Shown here: positions 114,468 through 128,058 of the stretch, one piece after another
How positions within the stretch are numbered: position 1 is the stretch's first letter
How the letters are laid out: the number at the start of each line of letters is the position of its first letter
Assembly: GCA_951406725.2 (NCBI GenBank)
Contig: OX597814.1
Span: 169,156,001 to 169,404,000 of the forward strand
Direction: 5' to 3'
Length of the DNA stretch: 248,000 nucleotides
Source: Octopus vulgaris
Lineage: Eukaryota
The notes under the pieces: generated by a model
The model's database searches: none
What the model saw: only the letters and a program-made list of their open reading frames with translations
What the model was told of the DNA's origin: nothing
Program-made: the position numbers and the translations under genes

Positions 114468-116378
114468 GTGTGTGTATATATATATATATATATACATATA
114501 TACATATTCCGTGATTGTTACCTACATCACCTCACTGGCACTTGTGCTGGTGGCACGTGAAAAAACATTCAAATGAGGTCGTTGCCAGTGCCGCTGGACT
114601 GGCTCCTGTGCAGGTGGCACATAAAAAGCACTATTTGACCGTGGCCACTGCCAGTACTGCCTGACTGGCCCTCATGCCGTGCCGGTGGCACGTAAAAGCA
114701 CCCACTACACTCTCGGAGTGGTTGGTGTTAGGAAGGGCATCCAGCCGTAGGAACTCTGCCAGATCAGATTGGAGTCTAGTGCAGCCATCTGGTTTGCCAG
114801 GCTTCAGTCAAATCATCCAACCCATGCTAGTATGGAAAACAGACGTTAAACAATGATGATGATATATATATATATATATATATATATAGGCGAGTTAAAT
114901 TAGAGGTTATAAAAACCGTCTAAGGGATACTTGTATCCAATGAATTAACTGGTGTTTTACCTAAAGGTTTTCAGAGGGATAGCATGTAACATATTGGAAT
115001 ATCCTTACTTTTTTTCTTTCTTTTTCTTTACTTTTCTGCTCTGATGAACTTCCACTATTTAAGTTGGCTTAATTAATTATTTACAATAATAATAATTATT
115101 ATTATTGTAGTAATTAGGCCTGATTATGCCCTAAATAGCCTCAACAAAAACAGCTGTTAGATGAGATAATGTGTCTTTTTTATAATCAATAAATAATAAT
115201 TGATGTTTGTCAATTATCAATTTTATCTCCACTTTCTTATTTTCCTTATGTGTGTGTATGTGTGTGTATTACTTATTTAGGACTAAATCAGCAAATGTGG
115301 ATAATTTGAAGGAATTTAGGTACTAGTTCTTGCAGATCAGGTGATCATATAAAAGCTTTTCCATTGGCTTCTATGAATTACACCCACCATTTTAAAAAGG
115401 TAGGAAGGACATCTTGGATATTGTCGTGCCAGTAGATACACTGTATTTGAAATTAAAAAGATTGGAAAATTATACCTGAAAAATCTTTAATCATTGGACA
115501 ATATAATGATAGATGGAAAGTCTTTTACCATTCTTTCATACTGTGTTCAGTGCCTGCAAGGAGTCTTTACACTGTTATTTGATATTCAAGAAATAACTAC
115601 CAAATCTCTCTTCAACCAGAAAGCTGAAGTTGTATCTTATTGGCACACTGGTTTTCTCCCCATTTTCTTAGTGCCGTTGTAGTAACCAACTGCAAAGGCA
115701 GCATGACTTCCAGTGTCTGAACACTGGATTAGGAAATTATAAACTGCCTCAAGAAAGCCATGTGTAACCTTTGGAAGACACACAAAAATTTTTTTCAAGT
115801 AACTATTTCTCCCTCCATTCCAAGATCCTTGTCTATCAGACAAGTCTATGCTTCTATTTCTTTGTATTGGTGCAAAACACGAATCATACTCTACAGCTGG
115901 ATGCCCTTCATAATACTAGTGCTATACAGTGTGTACTAGGTGCTGTTTTTCATGCCTCTGGCACTAGCATGGTGAACAAGTAACTTGCAAGAGAGGAAGA
116001 GAACAAAGGAAAAGAAAAGCCCACTTTACAAAGTGATTGACTATTTGAGAAAGGGGAGGTAGCTTTATGCAAAGTATTGGGAGGTAAAAGTATGAGAGAT
116101 GGACGAGCATGCATATCTTACTCTAGAGGAGATGCGTGACGACTCCACATTATATAAAGGTGGGTAAGAGGAGCTGTGAAGAAGTAATGATGGGGTGCTG
116201 GAAAAAAAAAAAAAACTTTAAGGAGCAAGGAAAGTGAAGCTTCTTGAAGTATAACTTTCAGTCGCACATTACTGATTATTCAAATGATTGAATAAATTAA
116301 ATGGTATTTTGAAATTAAGAAACTCAAGAGCTATAATTCAAGAAGGTTCAGCTTATACATGTGTGTGCACACACGTGT

Positions 116379-116418
<40 letters not shown>

Positions 116419-116755
116419 TCATGCGTGTGTGTATGTGCGTTCATGTGTGTGTGTGTATGTAAATACACACACACGTACAGACAGACAGATACACACACAC
116501 TGATATATATATATATATATATATATGTAATCTTTTATCACAGCATATTCCATAATGGATTCACAGCATCATGCATAATGAACAGCATAATTAATCACCA
116601 CTGCTGCTGTTCTTGCTTATGTTCAATATATTGATCTTCCCTAGTGGTTTGCTATTATTCCTGGTGAACAAACTTACGAACTATCTATCTACCTTGTGTG
116701 CATGTCTCTCTGTTTGTTGGTTTACCTGCCTCTCTGTATGTCTGTCCATTCATCC

Positions 116756-116845
<90 letters not shown>

Positions 116846-116857
116846 TTATCTATCTAC

Positions 116858-116914
<57 letters not shown>

Positions 116915-116916
116915 CA

Positions 116917-116947
<31 letters not shown>

Positions 116948-116949
116948 CT

Positions 116950-119900
116950 GGACAGACAGACGCAAGTCAAATGGGCTCCAAGTAAGTTGGTCATTTTGTA
117001 CGTTCAAAAGTGTTTATTGTTAAATATTTTGTGTTTAAAAGTTGTGCAACAACATCCACTGCAAACCTTGACTAATATCTACACAAAATTTCGCAAAAAT
117101 GGCTACTGGTCACCACGAGGCTGAGGCGCAACTGAAGCGTGACGCCAAAACAAAAAAGCAAGATTTCCTGTCACCATGCGCTGAACTTGACTGTGTAAAC
117201 ACTACTTACTCCAACACCACCACCATCAGCATCGACAACAGCAACAAATACAAAACAAAGGTCGTAAGACCAAGCACCGTCACCGCCACCAGTGATTCCA
117301 CCATCAACACCAACACCACCACCATGGCAGCATCTGCTACTACAACTGCTATCTCTGCTAACGACACCACTACCAGCAACAATAACAATACCAACATCAC
117401 CATCACCGCCACCAAAGACCGTGCCGTCAATGCCTCCCTTGCTACTAATACCTATTTCTTTATTACCCACAAGGGGCTAAACATAGAGGGGACAAGCAAG
117501 GACAGGCATAGGTATTAAGTCGATTACATCGACCCCAGTGCATAACTGGTACTTAATTTATCGACCCCGAAAGGATGAAAGGCAAAGTCAACCTCGGCGG
117601 AATTTGAACTCACAACGTAACGACAGACCTAATACCACCGCCGTCACCAAGAACGACAATAACAACAACAACAATTCCCTTCAGCCACTGTTCACTCCAT
117701 CACCAACAAGTGAAGGTGAGAAAAAAATAACAGCGACAATCAAACGAGGTGCCGAAATTTGCGCTAATGCAGGACCAAATTACGCAGACAATTTTCCACC
117801 CCTTGCCAGTTGCATAATCAGCAACCACAAACCTAATATACCCACAACCCACACCCCTGCCACCAACACCAACACCACCGGCAGTAACAACAATAACAAA
117901 ACAACAACAAACTTCGCCGAGGCGATAAAAGAAAAAATAACAAGAGTACCGTTTACTGCACAGCAAATAAAAGACTGCAGAGCCCTAATCACCAAAGAAA
118001 ACGGCAAAATACAATTACACATACCACAACACATACTGAATGAGGAAAAAAAGAGAACAATTGTATATAAAATAACAAACAACACAACTAAAAGTCCAGA
118101 AAAAGCAAGCACGGACAAAATAGAAAAGTGCCTACGCCCCATCTGGGGACACAAGGAGTATGTGACTTGGTCGAACAAGTTCGCCCACGTACAGGTGGTT
118201 TTTTCAGAATGAAGAGTTGGCAAAGCAATTCCCAACGCTAACTCTTCATTCAGATGAGCTAACAATGACACCCAGTTACCTTGGCCAGAAGGTGACAAAG
118301 GTCATTATCAATAATGTCCCGCAAATAACAACCACACTATGGATAACATCCGCCATAACATCCGAAATGGAGGACATTAACATCCTGGATATCACTGTTT
118401 CGAAACACAAGGACTGGGTGGGAAAGAGAATGGAGATTCTCTTCCACATAAGCCAAGACGACATTAACAAAATTCCCACCCACGTACATCTTGCGAATGA
118501 CCGCAAGTTGTATGTAGTAGTCGAGGGCAGAAGGCCACGCTGCTATACATGTGGCAGTGAGGCACACCTCAAAAAGGAGTGCAAATCTGCCGCGAAACAA
118601 CAACAACAACAGCCACAGGAAAAACCACAAAAGCCAGCATTATTGTCCACACCACAATATGGACGGCTAATCAAGAAGCTGTATGCAGAAATGCATGAAA
118701 AACAACAAAGAACGGACCAACCCAACCAAACAACACCACCACCTGCGCCAAGAACAGAATCATCACCACTAACAACAACTAAACCAATTCCAACACCGAG
118801 AACAACAACGAAGAAGACAAGCACCAAGGATGTAGGAGAGAAATCACCACACCAAACCCCCCAGCAACACACCCCACACCACAACAATATCTACAACCGC
118901 ACAAACAGACCCAGATGCTTTACCCTTACCCCCGGCTAATTCGTCAGGCTTTTCATCTAACGATGAAAGTTCGACAGAATGGCAAATAGCCACCGGGGGT
119001 AAAAGAAAAGATTAAAAAAAAAACAAACAAGAAAACGCAACCAAAGCAGGGAGATACCTGAACCCTGAAAGCTCCATACACAACCAAACAGGAACGAGGA
119101 AGCCAAAACTTTCGACACAAGTAAGTAACTCTCTGTACTTTCCTTTCTGTGTTTTAAAGCACACAATAGAATCATGGTCAAGATTGGTTGTGTGAATGCG
119201 CGTGGCTTGGGGTCTCCTTGGAAACAAGGATACCTCCTAAATGACATGAAGTCACACGATTTGGGAATCAGCCATAAGTGAGACCAGACTCCACGAGCCA
119301 CGGGCCCTAAAGTCCATGTTTGGCGGACAGTTTAACATTTATTTTGCTCCCTGTCTGCCGAGGATGGGCGGTAGTGGCACCGCGGTACTTTTTCACTAGA
119401 GCCTGGATCTCGAAGTCAAGAAGATATTCGTAGACCCGGAGGGTAGACTGGTCGTTCTGGATGTCAACGGTAGCAGTGGGTGTGCTTTTCGACTCGTATC
119501 AGTCTACGCACCGCCTTTAACAGGTCGGCCGGATTTCTTTCAACGTCTAGAAGTATTCCTGGGAACGTCTCGTCCTTTACTTTTAGTGGGGGATTGGAAT
119601 GCTACCTTGGACACGCATCTAGACTATGTGGTGAGAGACAAAAACAGAAGGGGATGCAAATGCTTCAGAGACCTGCTCAGACAATTCCAACTGTCTGACA
119701 GGTACCGACTCGACCACCCAAATGCACCAACGTGGACATGGAGTAACCGCAGTGGGTCGTCGAGATCGTATCTAGATAGGATACTGTGTAGGACAGTAGA
119801 CAAGGATAACTTAGGATGTCCACAATTCCACACAGTCAGCTACACAGATCACAAATTCGTGACATGTACGCTAGACTTAGATAAGGCACATAGACAGGGT

Positions 119901-120590
119901 CCTGGTTACTGGAAACTGAACGTATCATTCCCGTCCAGACAAGATTTCAGAGACAGAATCAACACGTTTGTAAAAAGGGCTTTAACGGGAGCCATTGTCA
120001 ACAACAAATGGTGGTTCGCCCTCAAGAGAGCAGTAAAAGCGGAAGCAATTAGATATAGCAAGGCGCTAGCCGTAGATAGAAATAGAGTATCACTTGAAGA
120101 GGAAAGTGAGAGTAGAGAGGTAAGTTTTGTCTAGTGAATGTTTTAAAAAAAGATGGGTGAATGTAGCAAGGATGGCGCGTATGAATGACGAAGCCACCTT
120201 GACTATGATTCTATGAACCGTAAAAATTAATACAGAGAGTTGCTTATTTGCAAAAAAAAAAATAAAAGAAAGTAATATAACATGTGACTTCATTGACCGA
120301 GGTTACCGTGGTCTTTTCCGTAGGCTTTTCTTTCCACGGGTAAACCTCACCTGTCCTCCCCTTTGCACTTCATATTGACATTTCTGTGATAACGATCCCT
120401 ATTGATCAATTCCCCCCCTTTTTTTTTAAATTTTATTTTATCTCCCCCTTTTTTTGTCCTCTTTCTTTCCATTTACGATCTCTTTTGATCGAAAATCAAA
120501 CCCCCTTCTTTTACTCCCAAAAGAAAAGCTCTACCTTGTAATTTTGTTCTGTCTGTGTGCAGCCCTGTGTGGCTAATAAAGAAACATATC
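116950..120590 (+). mobile_element. Tx1/L1-like LINE copy 1: ORF1 with CCHC knuckle, APE endonuclease, RT deleted
   Basis: RRPRCYTCGSEAHLKKECK; KIGCVNARGLGSPWKQG, GDWNATLD, YLDRILC, YTDHKFV, GPGYWKLN; family B SINE inserted at 117448-117625. Confidence 0.88.
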
Positions 120591-120614
120591 TATCTATCTA
120601 CATATGTATGTATG

Positions 120615-120665
<51 letters not shown>

Positions 120666-120679
120666 ATCTACCTATCTCG

Positions 120680-123600
120680 ACATGGACGGACGCTAGTAAA
120701 ATCGGCTCCACGTAAGTTGGCCACTTTTACATGTTTAAAACTCCTTGTTGTCAAATATTTTGTTTTAATCGTTGTGCAAGTTAATTCACTAAAAAAACTG
120801 AGAATTATTCACGTAGAATTCCGCCCCTGTATGGGCGAAATTACCAAAAACTTTCAAAACTTTCGTGGGTTCCTTTTAGCCATTTTTCATTTTGAAAATG
120901 GCAACTAGAAACCACGTGGCTAGCCCGCCAGCCATGCGGAACGGTAGCGAAACACTATTGCTACCACTAGCTGCTAAACCTCGCAGCTTGAACACCGCTG
121001 TCACCACCACCAACCAACAACAACAACAAAACTAACGTCGCAAGACCATTCACCATCGCCGCGACCAAAGACATTAACTTAGATTTCCCCCCACTCCCTA
121101 CACTACTTGTCGATGATAAAAGGATGGAGAAAGGGATTTCAAAGACGAATACAGACGAAAACATGAATGCCAGCACCACCACCACACCACCAACAACAAC
121201 AACAACGAAATCAACACAAAGCCGCCTACCAAAGACAACACCGCCAACACCAACACCACTACCATGACTTCAACTGCTACAACTAACCCTTCTGCTGCTA
121301 ACACCGCTAAAATTAAAACGAATTTCGCGGATGCGACAAAATAAAAACGAACAATCGTAAAATTCACCACACAGGAAATAAACCTCACAAAAGCACTCTT
121401 CACCAAAGAAGGAGATAAATTGCATCTTCACATTCCACAGCACATCGTGGAAAACACACAAAAAATACAATAATCTACAAAGTAATAAACAAGAAAACAA
121501 GACGACCAGAAAATGCACCGCAGGAAAAAATTGAAAAATGCCTTCGTCCTGCATGGGACTCCAAGGAGTATATCAGTTGGGGAAATAAATTTGGTACAGT
121601 CCAAGTACGTTTCCTCAACGAAAATTTAGCAAAACGATTTTCCACATTGGAGCTGCATTCAGACGACTTGGTAATGATACCAATCTATTTAAACCAGAGA
121701 GTGACGAAAGTCCAAATAAAAAATGTACCCCCTGAAGTCGAAACACAATGGTTAGTCTCTGCCATCTGCTTTGAAATGGCAGAGACAAACATCCTTGAAA
121801 TCGCTGTTCTAGGACAGAAAGACTATGTGGGAAAATCAATCCAATTCCTTCTTCAATTGGATGAAACAGCAAGAGAAAAAATACCCACACTATAGAACTG
121901 CCAGGAGGCTACAAACTTTATGTAGTGGTAGAGGGCAGGCGACCACGTTGCTATTTGTGTGGAAGCGAAACACACTTGAAAAAGACGTGCCCAACCACTG
122001 CACACCAAGAGCAACAACAACAACCACTACCACAACCAAAACACTCCGGAAAAAAGCTCTACTACCCACACCACCATCAACACAGAAGACGACAAGAGAA
122101 GCACACCAAGCTAATCCGTCAACAACCAAAAATTACTCAACACCTGAGAAAATACCAACACCACCAACAACAGCAAGAACCAAAGGAACAGAAAAACAAA
122201 GAAAATACACAAAAACTGATTCCCCATCCCTTATACCGCACTCACCACACACAAACACTCAACAAACAACAGCACAACCACTTACACAGACATACATAGA
122301 AGCCTACAACATACCCCTACCCACTACTGATTCCTCAGAAAATTCGTCGGAAGACGAAACCAGTGAGGAATGGCAAATAGCTAGAAAAAGAAGGAAAATA
122401 AAGATCAGAAACACAACCAAACCAAATGCAAACACTAACAAAGCAGGGGGAAATACATCTCCCGAAGACATTTCAAAACCCAACACAAACAACAGCCACA
122501 CCAACACCACAAAAATATATACAGCAAACATGCTCACAGCTATAGACACCAAAAACACAAATTTGATGGAATACATCCAAAAAAAACAAACATAACAGAA
122601 GATGACATAAAAGCAAACAATCACCCATACACAACACCACCAGACCACATCAAAATATTACACATCTCCAAAAGTCTGCACCACACACTCAAAGGCATTT
122701 TCCCCAGTGCGGTTGGTAAATGCCAAAAATATCTCACAAAGAAACTGTACTGGGATCTCCTCGAGGACAAACCAAAGGAGGAGAAAGCAAAACCTTTCGA
122801 GCAGTAAGTAACCCTCTGTTCCTTTCACTTGTATTCTAATTCATTAGGATTATGATCAAGATTGGTTGTGTAAATGCGCGTGGCTTGGGGTCCCCTTGGA
122901 AACAAGGGTACCTCTTAAATGACATAAAGTCACATAAGTTAGAAATCATAGCCATAAGTGAGACCAGACTCCACAATCCACGGGCCCTAAAGACCATGTT
123001 TGGCGGACAGTTCAACATTTATTTTCCCCCTGTCTGCCGAGAATGGGCGGTAGTGGCACCGCGGTACTTTTTCGCAAGAGTCTGGATCTCAAAGTAAAGA
123101 CAATATTCATAGACAATATCCAGGACGACCAGTCTACCCTCCGGAGGGTAGACTGGATGTCGACAGCAGCAATGGGTGCATTTTCGACTCGTATCAGTCT
123201 ATGCACCGCCCTTAACAGGTCAGGCAGATTTCTTTCAACGTCTAGAAATATTCTTGGGAACATCTCGTCCTTTACTCTTAGTGGGGGATTGGAATGCTAC
123301 CTTGGACACGCATGTAGACTACGTGGGTAGAGATAGGAATAGACGGGGATGCAAATGCCTCAGAGACCTGCTCAGACGCTTTCAACTGTCTGACAGGTTC
123401 CGACTAGACCACCTGAATGCGCCAACGTGGACATGGAGCAACCGCATTGGGTCGTCGAGATTGTATCTAGATAGGATACTGTGTAGGACAGTAGATAGAG
123501 ATAGCATAGGATGTCCACAATTCCACATAGTCAGCTGCACGGATCACAAACTTGTGACATGTACGCTAGACTTAGATAAGACACTTAGGCAGGGTTCCGG

Positions 123601-125630
123601 ATACTGGAAACTAAACGCGTCTTTCCCATCGAGACAGGTTTTCAGAGACCGGATTAGCACACTAATAAAGAGGGCTTTGAGGGGAGCCATTGTCAACAAC
123701 AAATGGTGGTTTGCCCTCAAGAGAGCAGTAAACGCAGAAGCAATTAGGTACAGCAAAGCACTAGCCATAGATAGAAATAGAGTAGAGGGTGAGCTAGTTA
123801 AGAAGCTAGAAGAGGCAATTAGAAGCGGCATCACATTCGACGTTTTGGTGGCGAGGTTTGCCCTCGACCAACACTTCAACGCCAAACACGAAGGGTGTGC
123901 TGTCAGGGCTAGGATGCGTGCTCTAAGGAACGAAGGTGTTGGAGCCGCGAGAGAGGCCCGGGTGGCAGAGGCGCAACAGGGCAACAAAGCCACCATTCGG
124001 TCTCTAGTAGATGAACAGGGGCACGAATTGATCGAGCTAAGTAAAATGTGTGAGGCCTTAAATGGACGGACGGCATGACATCTTTCATCACTGTCTGATG
124101 GCACCTACACATGTCAAAGTAGCGCTACATCAGTTCAACTGATTAAACTGGAACATCTCATCTCGGATCAATACAAATTTCATCTGAGACCATCGATACT
124201 TGAGGATCCTGAGCTGCTTCCACTGTGGCTCGTTCGCCTGATAGATCTGGAATACGCGGTGTATATACATCATCATCACATTTATCGTCCGTCCATGTCT
124301 CGGTTCTATACGTATTGACTAGAGGATAGCTGAGGGACTGCACCAGCACCATGGCACTGCTGGAGCGTGTCTGCATACCAACCACGTCATAGTGTCTAGC
124401 CACGAGCACATTGGTCGGCGAGACACTGAACTACAAGCAAAAAAAATCAACGGGAAGAGTCAAGGCTTGACTAGGCACTGGAAAACCACATCAAGCGCCT
124501 CGTGTGCCGGACCAAGACTGTTGGTGGAAGAGAGTTGTAGTGGTCGGAGTGGCAATGGGCGAGTGGTCGCACAACATTGCGTCCATCTACTATCTTCGCC
124601 TTGCGTCCCGATTATTTTCTTGTGGAAAGGATGCGTCACAAAAGCGATCCATTTGCTGTGCGTGAGCTGTTCTGTCAGACTGAGACCCATCTAGCACTGT
124701 AGACGGGTGAACAGTGTGGTCGCCGTTTGTGACACCTTCCCGCAGCTCGTCTCCAGCTGCAGTCTGGATCAAAAAGAGGCCGAGGAAGGGCGAATGGCAT
124801 GGCCGCGTTGTCGTAAGTGACTTCAACACAACCAAAGCATTCTATAGTTAGTGGGGAGTCGGGGCGAACCTGGACGTCGGAGGAGTACCTGACCCGCCGG
124901 AGGACGACTTTCGGGCCAGGGCCCAACTCAGAGATCTGGCCTGGCAGTGCTAGAAGCGCCGAGCTCTACAGACACGGCTCGAGAAACGGGGCCGACCTGC
125001 CCGAGATGCGGTCAGAGCCGAAAGCAACGGACCGCCTGTGGGCTTATGTCGAACAACTGCTGTCACGTGTGGGACGAGTCGGTTTATCAGCTGAGTCTAT
125101 CGTCAATATTGTCACGCCTCCTTCCTTCAAACGGGAAGGAAGAGCTATTTTCATCATCCTTGTGGCTATGGCGAAAGAATGTATCTGGTGGACGCGTTCT
125201 GAAAGGATTGGAGCAAACACTTCCTCTCTGGTCAATCTCTCATCAAACTTGTACCATTTGAAAAGAAACTGAGTAGGCAAGTTCCAAATTTTAGAAAGAT
125301 GGGTGAATGTAGCAAGAATCACGTATGAATGACGAAGCCACCAGCATAGTCCTATGAACCCAGAAATCGAAAACAGAGAGTTGCTTATTTGCAAAAAAAA
125401 AAAAATCATCATAAAATGTGACTTCATTGACCGAGGTTACCGTGGTCTTTCCCCTTCTCTTCTTTTTCTTTTACATTCATACATTATATATATATATTTA
125501 TATATTTATTTTTTTTTTTTTGACCCCTTTCTTTTTTACGATCCTTAAACTCCCCTTACTTTTTTTTAATAAGCTCTACCTTGTAATTTGTTCTATCTGT
125601 GTGCAGCCCTGTGTGGCTAAAAAGAAACAT
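120680..125630 (+). mobile_element. Tx1/L1-like LINE copy 2: ORF1, APE, eroded RT, 3' end
   Basis: RRPRCYLCGSETHLKKTC; ORF 123176-124078 is APE plus linker; TCPRCGQS C-terminal motif; (TCTA)n at both ends. Confidence 0.88.
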
Positions 125631-126609
125631 ATCTATATATCTATCTATCTATCTATCTATAACTATCTATCTATCATATTTTGTCTCTTTATTTTGTCTC
125701 TCATTACACACCTATACACAGCCATGGTTGCTTGCTTATCTTTATCTCTCTCTATCAAGTGTTTGTATATATAAATGGTCCACCATATTGGACGGTTCTG
125801 TCTGGGATCTATGCAAATCAATCAGTTCCAGTCTGTCTACCTGTCTGCTGCTATCCCACTCTTAGTGTAGCTGCTTACCAGTTGTACATGCATCAGATGT
125901 AACACTTATATATATAATTTTTAATAAGTAATTTAAAAAACTGATAAATATATGTTTTAAAAGTGTATAATCTCAATAAAAGTTTTCAACTTTCTCTTCA
126001 GAGTAATGATGCATAATTAAAGACATATAATTTATTTGTTTCACATACTGTGTAAGCAATCATTTTGAAAAAAGCATATTAAAATATTAGTGTTAAAACA
126101 AACAGAAGGTTCTCACAGAACAAACATACACTGCATCTACCTACAACAAGTTATTAAAAATCCAAATACTATATATAACAGATTTAGTGACTTACATAAG
126201 ATCATCTCGCTGAATAAGAGATATAAAACTACAATTCATTACGTACTTGAGCAGATATTATCTTGGCAAATATACAATACTAGATTATATCTTTTATTTA
126301 TCCATTCACATTATATATGGTATGTTTATAATATATTATTTATTATAAACATATATATTTTTTCTTATACATTTATATATATATATATATATTATATATA
126401 TTTACTGTGTTTGTCCCATCACTTCTGCTATGTATATAGCTAAGTATAGCGATAGAATCACACAGATATGGGACATTTATTACTAATAGTGAATATGTGT
126501 GTGGTATCATATGACTGAAAGTATAGTAGACATATATATTATTGTATATGTATATATATGTATATATATATATTTTTTTTATATATATATATATTTGTTG
126601 TTGTATATA

Positions 126610-126670
<61 letters not shown>

Positions 126671-127093
126671 AAACATATAAATAAACACACAGAGAAATAT
126701 AACATAAAAAAAGAAAAAGAGAAAAAAAAAAAAAAAAAAATAAAAAAAAAAAAGAAAAAAAAAAGAAATGAAAAAAAAAAAAATAATATAAAAATAAATA
126801 TAATAAAAGAAAAAAAAAAAGGGATAAAATAAAAATAGGAGAGGGAAGGGAGAAAGGAAATATAAGAGAAAAGAGTGGATAAATAAGAAAGAATAAGAAA
126901 GGCAAAAAAATAGAATAAATAAAAAAATAAAAAAAAAAAAAAAAAAAAAAAAGCAAAAAAAGAAGAAAAAAAGAAAAGAAAAAAAGGGTGATGAAAAAAA
127001 AAAAAAAAAAAGTAAAAAAAAAAAAAAAAAGAAAAGGAAATGACAAACAAAAAAAAAAAAAAATAAATACAAACAAAAACAAAAAAAAAAACA

Positions 127094-127128
<35 letters not shown>

Positions 127129-127379
127129 CTAAAACATAAAATAAAAATAATACATATATAAAACAAACACACACACACACACCAAAACACACATAACACA
127201 AAAAAAAAAAACAAATAACACAAAAAAAAACCAAACAACAAACACAACAACACAACAAAACAAAAAACCACAATATATAATATATAATAATAAATATAAA
127301 AATAAATAATATACATAAAAATATAAATATAATATACATATAATAATATATACACACACAACACAATAATATACACAAA

Positions 127380-127435
<56 letters not shown>

Positions 127436-127450
127436 ATATATGTATGTATG

Positions 127451-127483
<33 letters not shown>

Positions 127484-127520
127484 ATATGTATGTATGTATA
127501 TATATATATATATGTGTATG

Positions 127521-127582
<62 letters not shown>

Positions 127583-127954
127583 CACACACACACACCCCAT
127601 TCATACATAACCTTAAATATGTATTTACATATGTATATGTGAATATACTTGTGTGTGTGTGTGTGTCTGTCTGTCACTCTGCTTGTAATGTTTCTCCAGA
127701 ACCAATATAGGTTAACTTTATTGATAATATGTAATATACAAAATATGAAAAAGGAATATATGTGTCATGTTAAAATTTTGCTCTTTTTAGATATACTTTC
127801 ATGCAGACACAAAAACACTCATCTATATACACATAGATACATGTGCACTCACATGCGTGTCTGCTCATATGCATGTGTATATTCCAATTATATTCCAAGT
127901 ATATATGTGTAGAGAAACATATAACTGTTATGTGTATGTGTGAATATCTGTATG

Positions 127955-128006
<52 letters not shown>

Positions 128007-128027
128007 GTGTGTATGTATGTATGTATG

Positions 128028-128058
<31 letters not shown>

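Noticed and set aside
126370-127650. Long ORFs (241-353 aa) in an A-run and (TA)n region
   Set aside because: Homopolymer-inflated, garbled sequence typical of uncorrected long-read error in a TA-flanked repeat.
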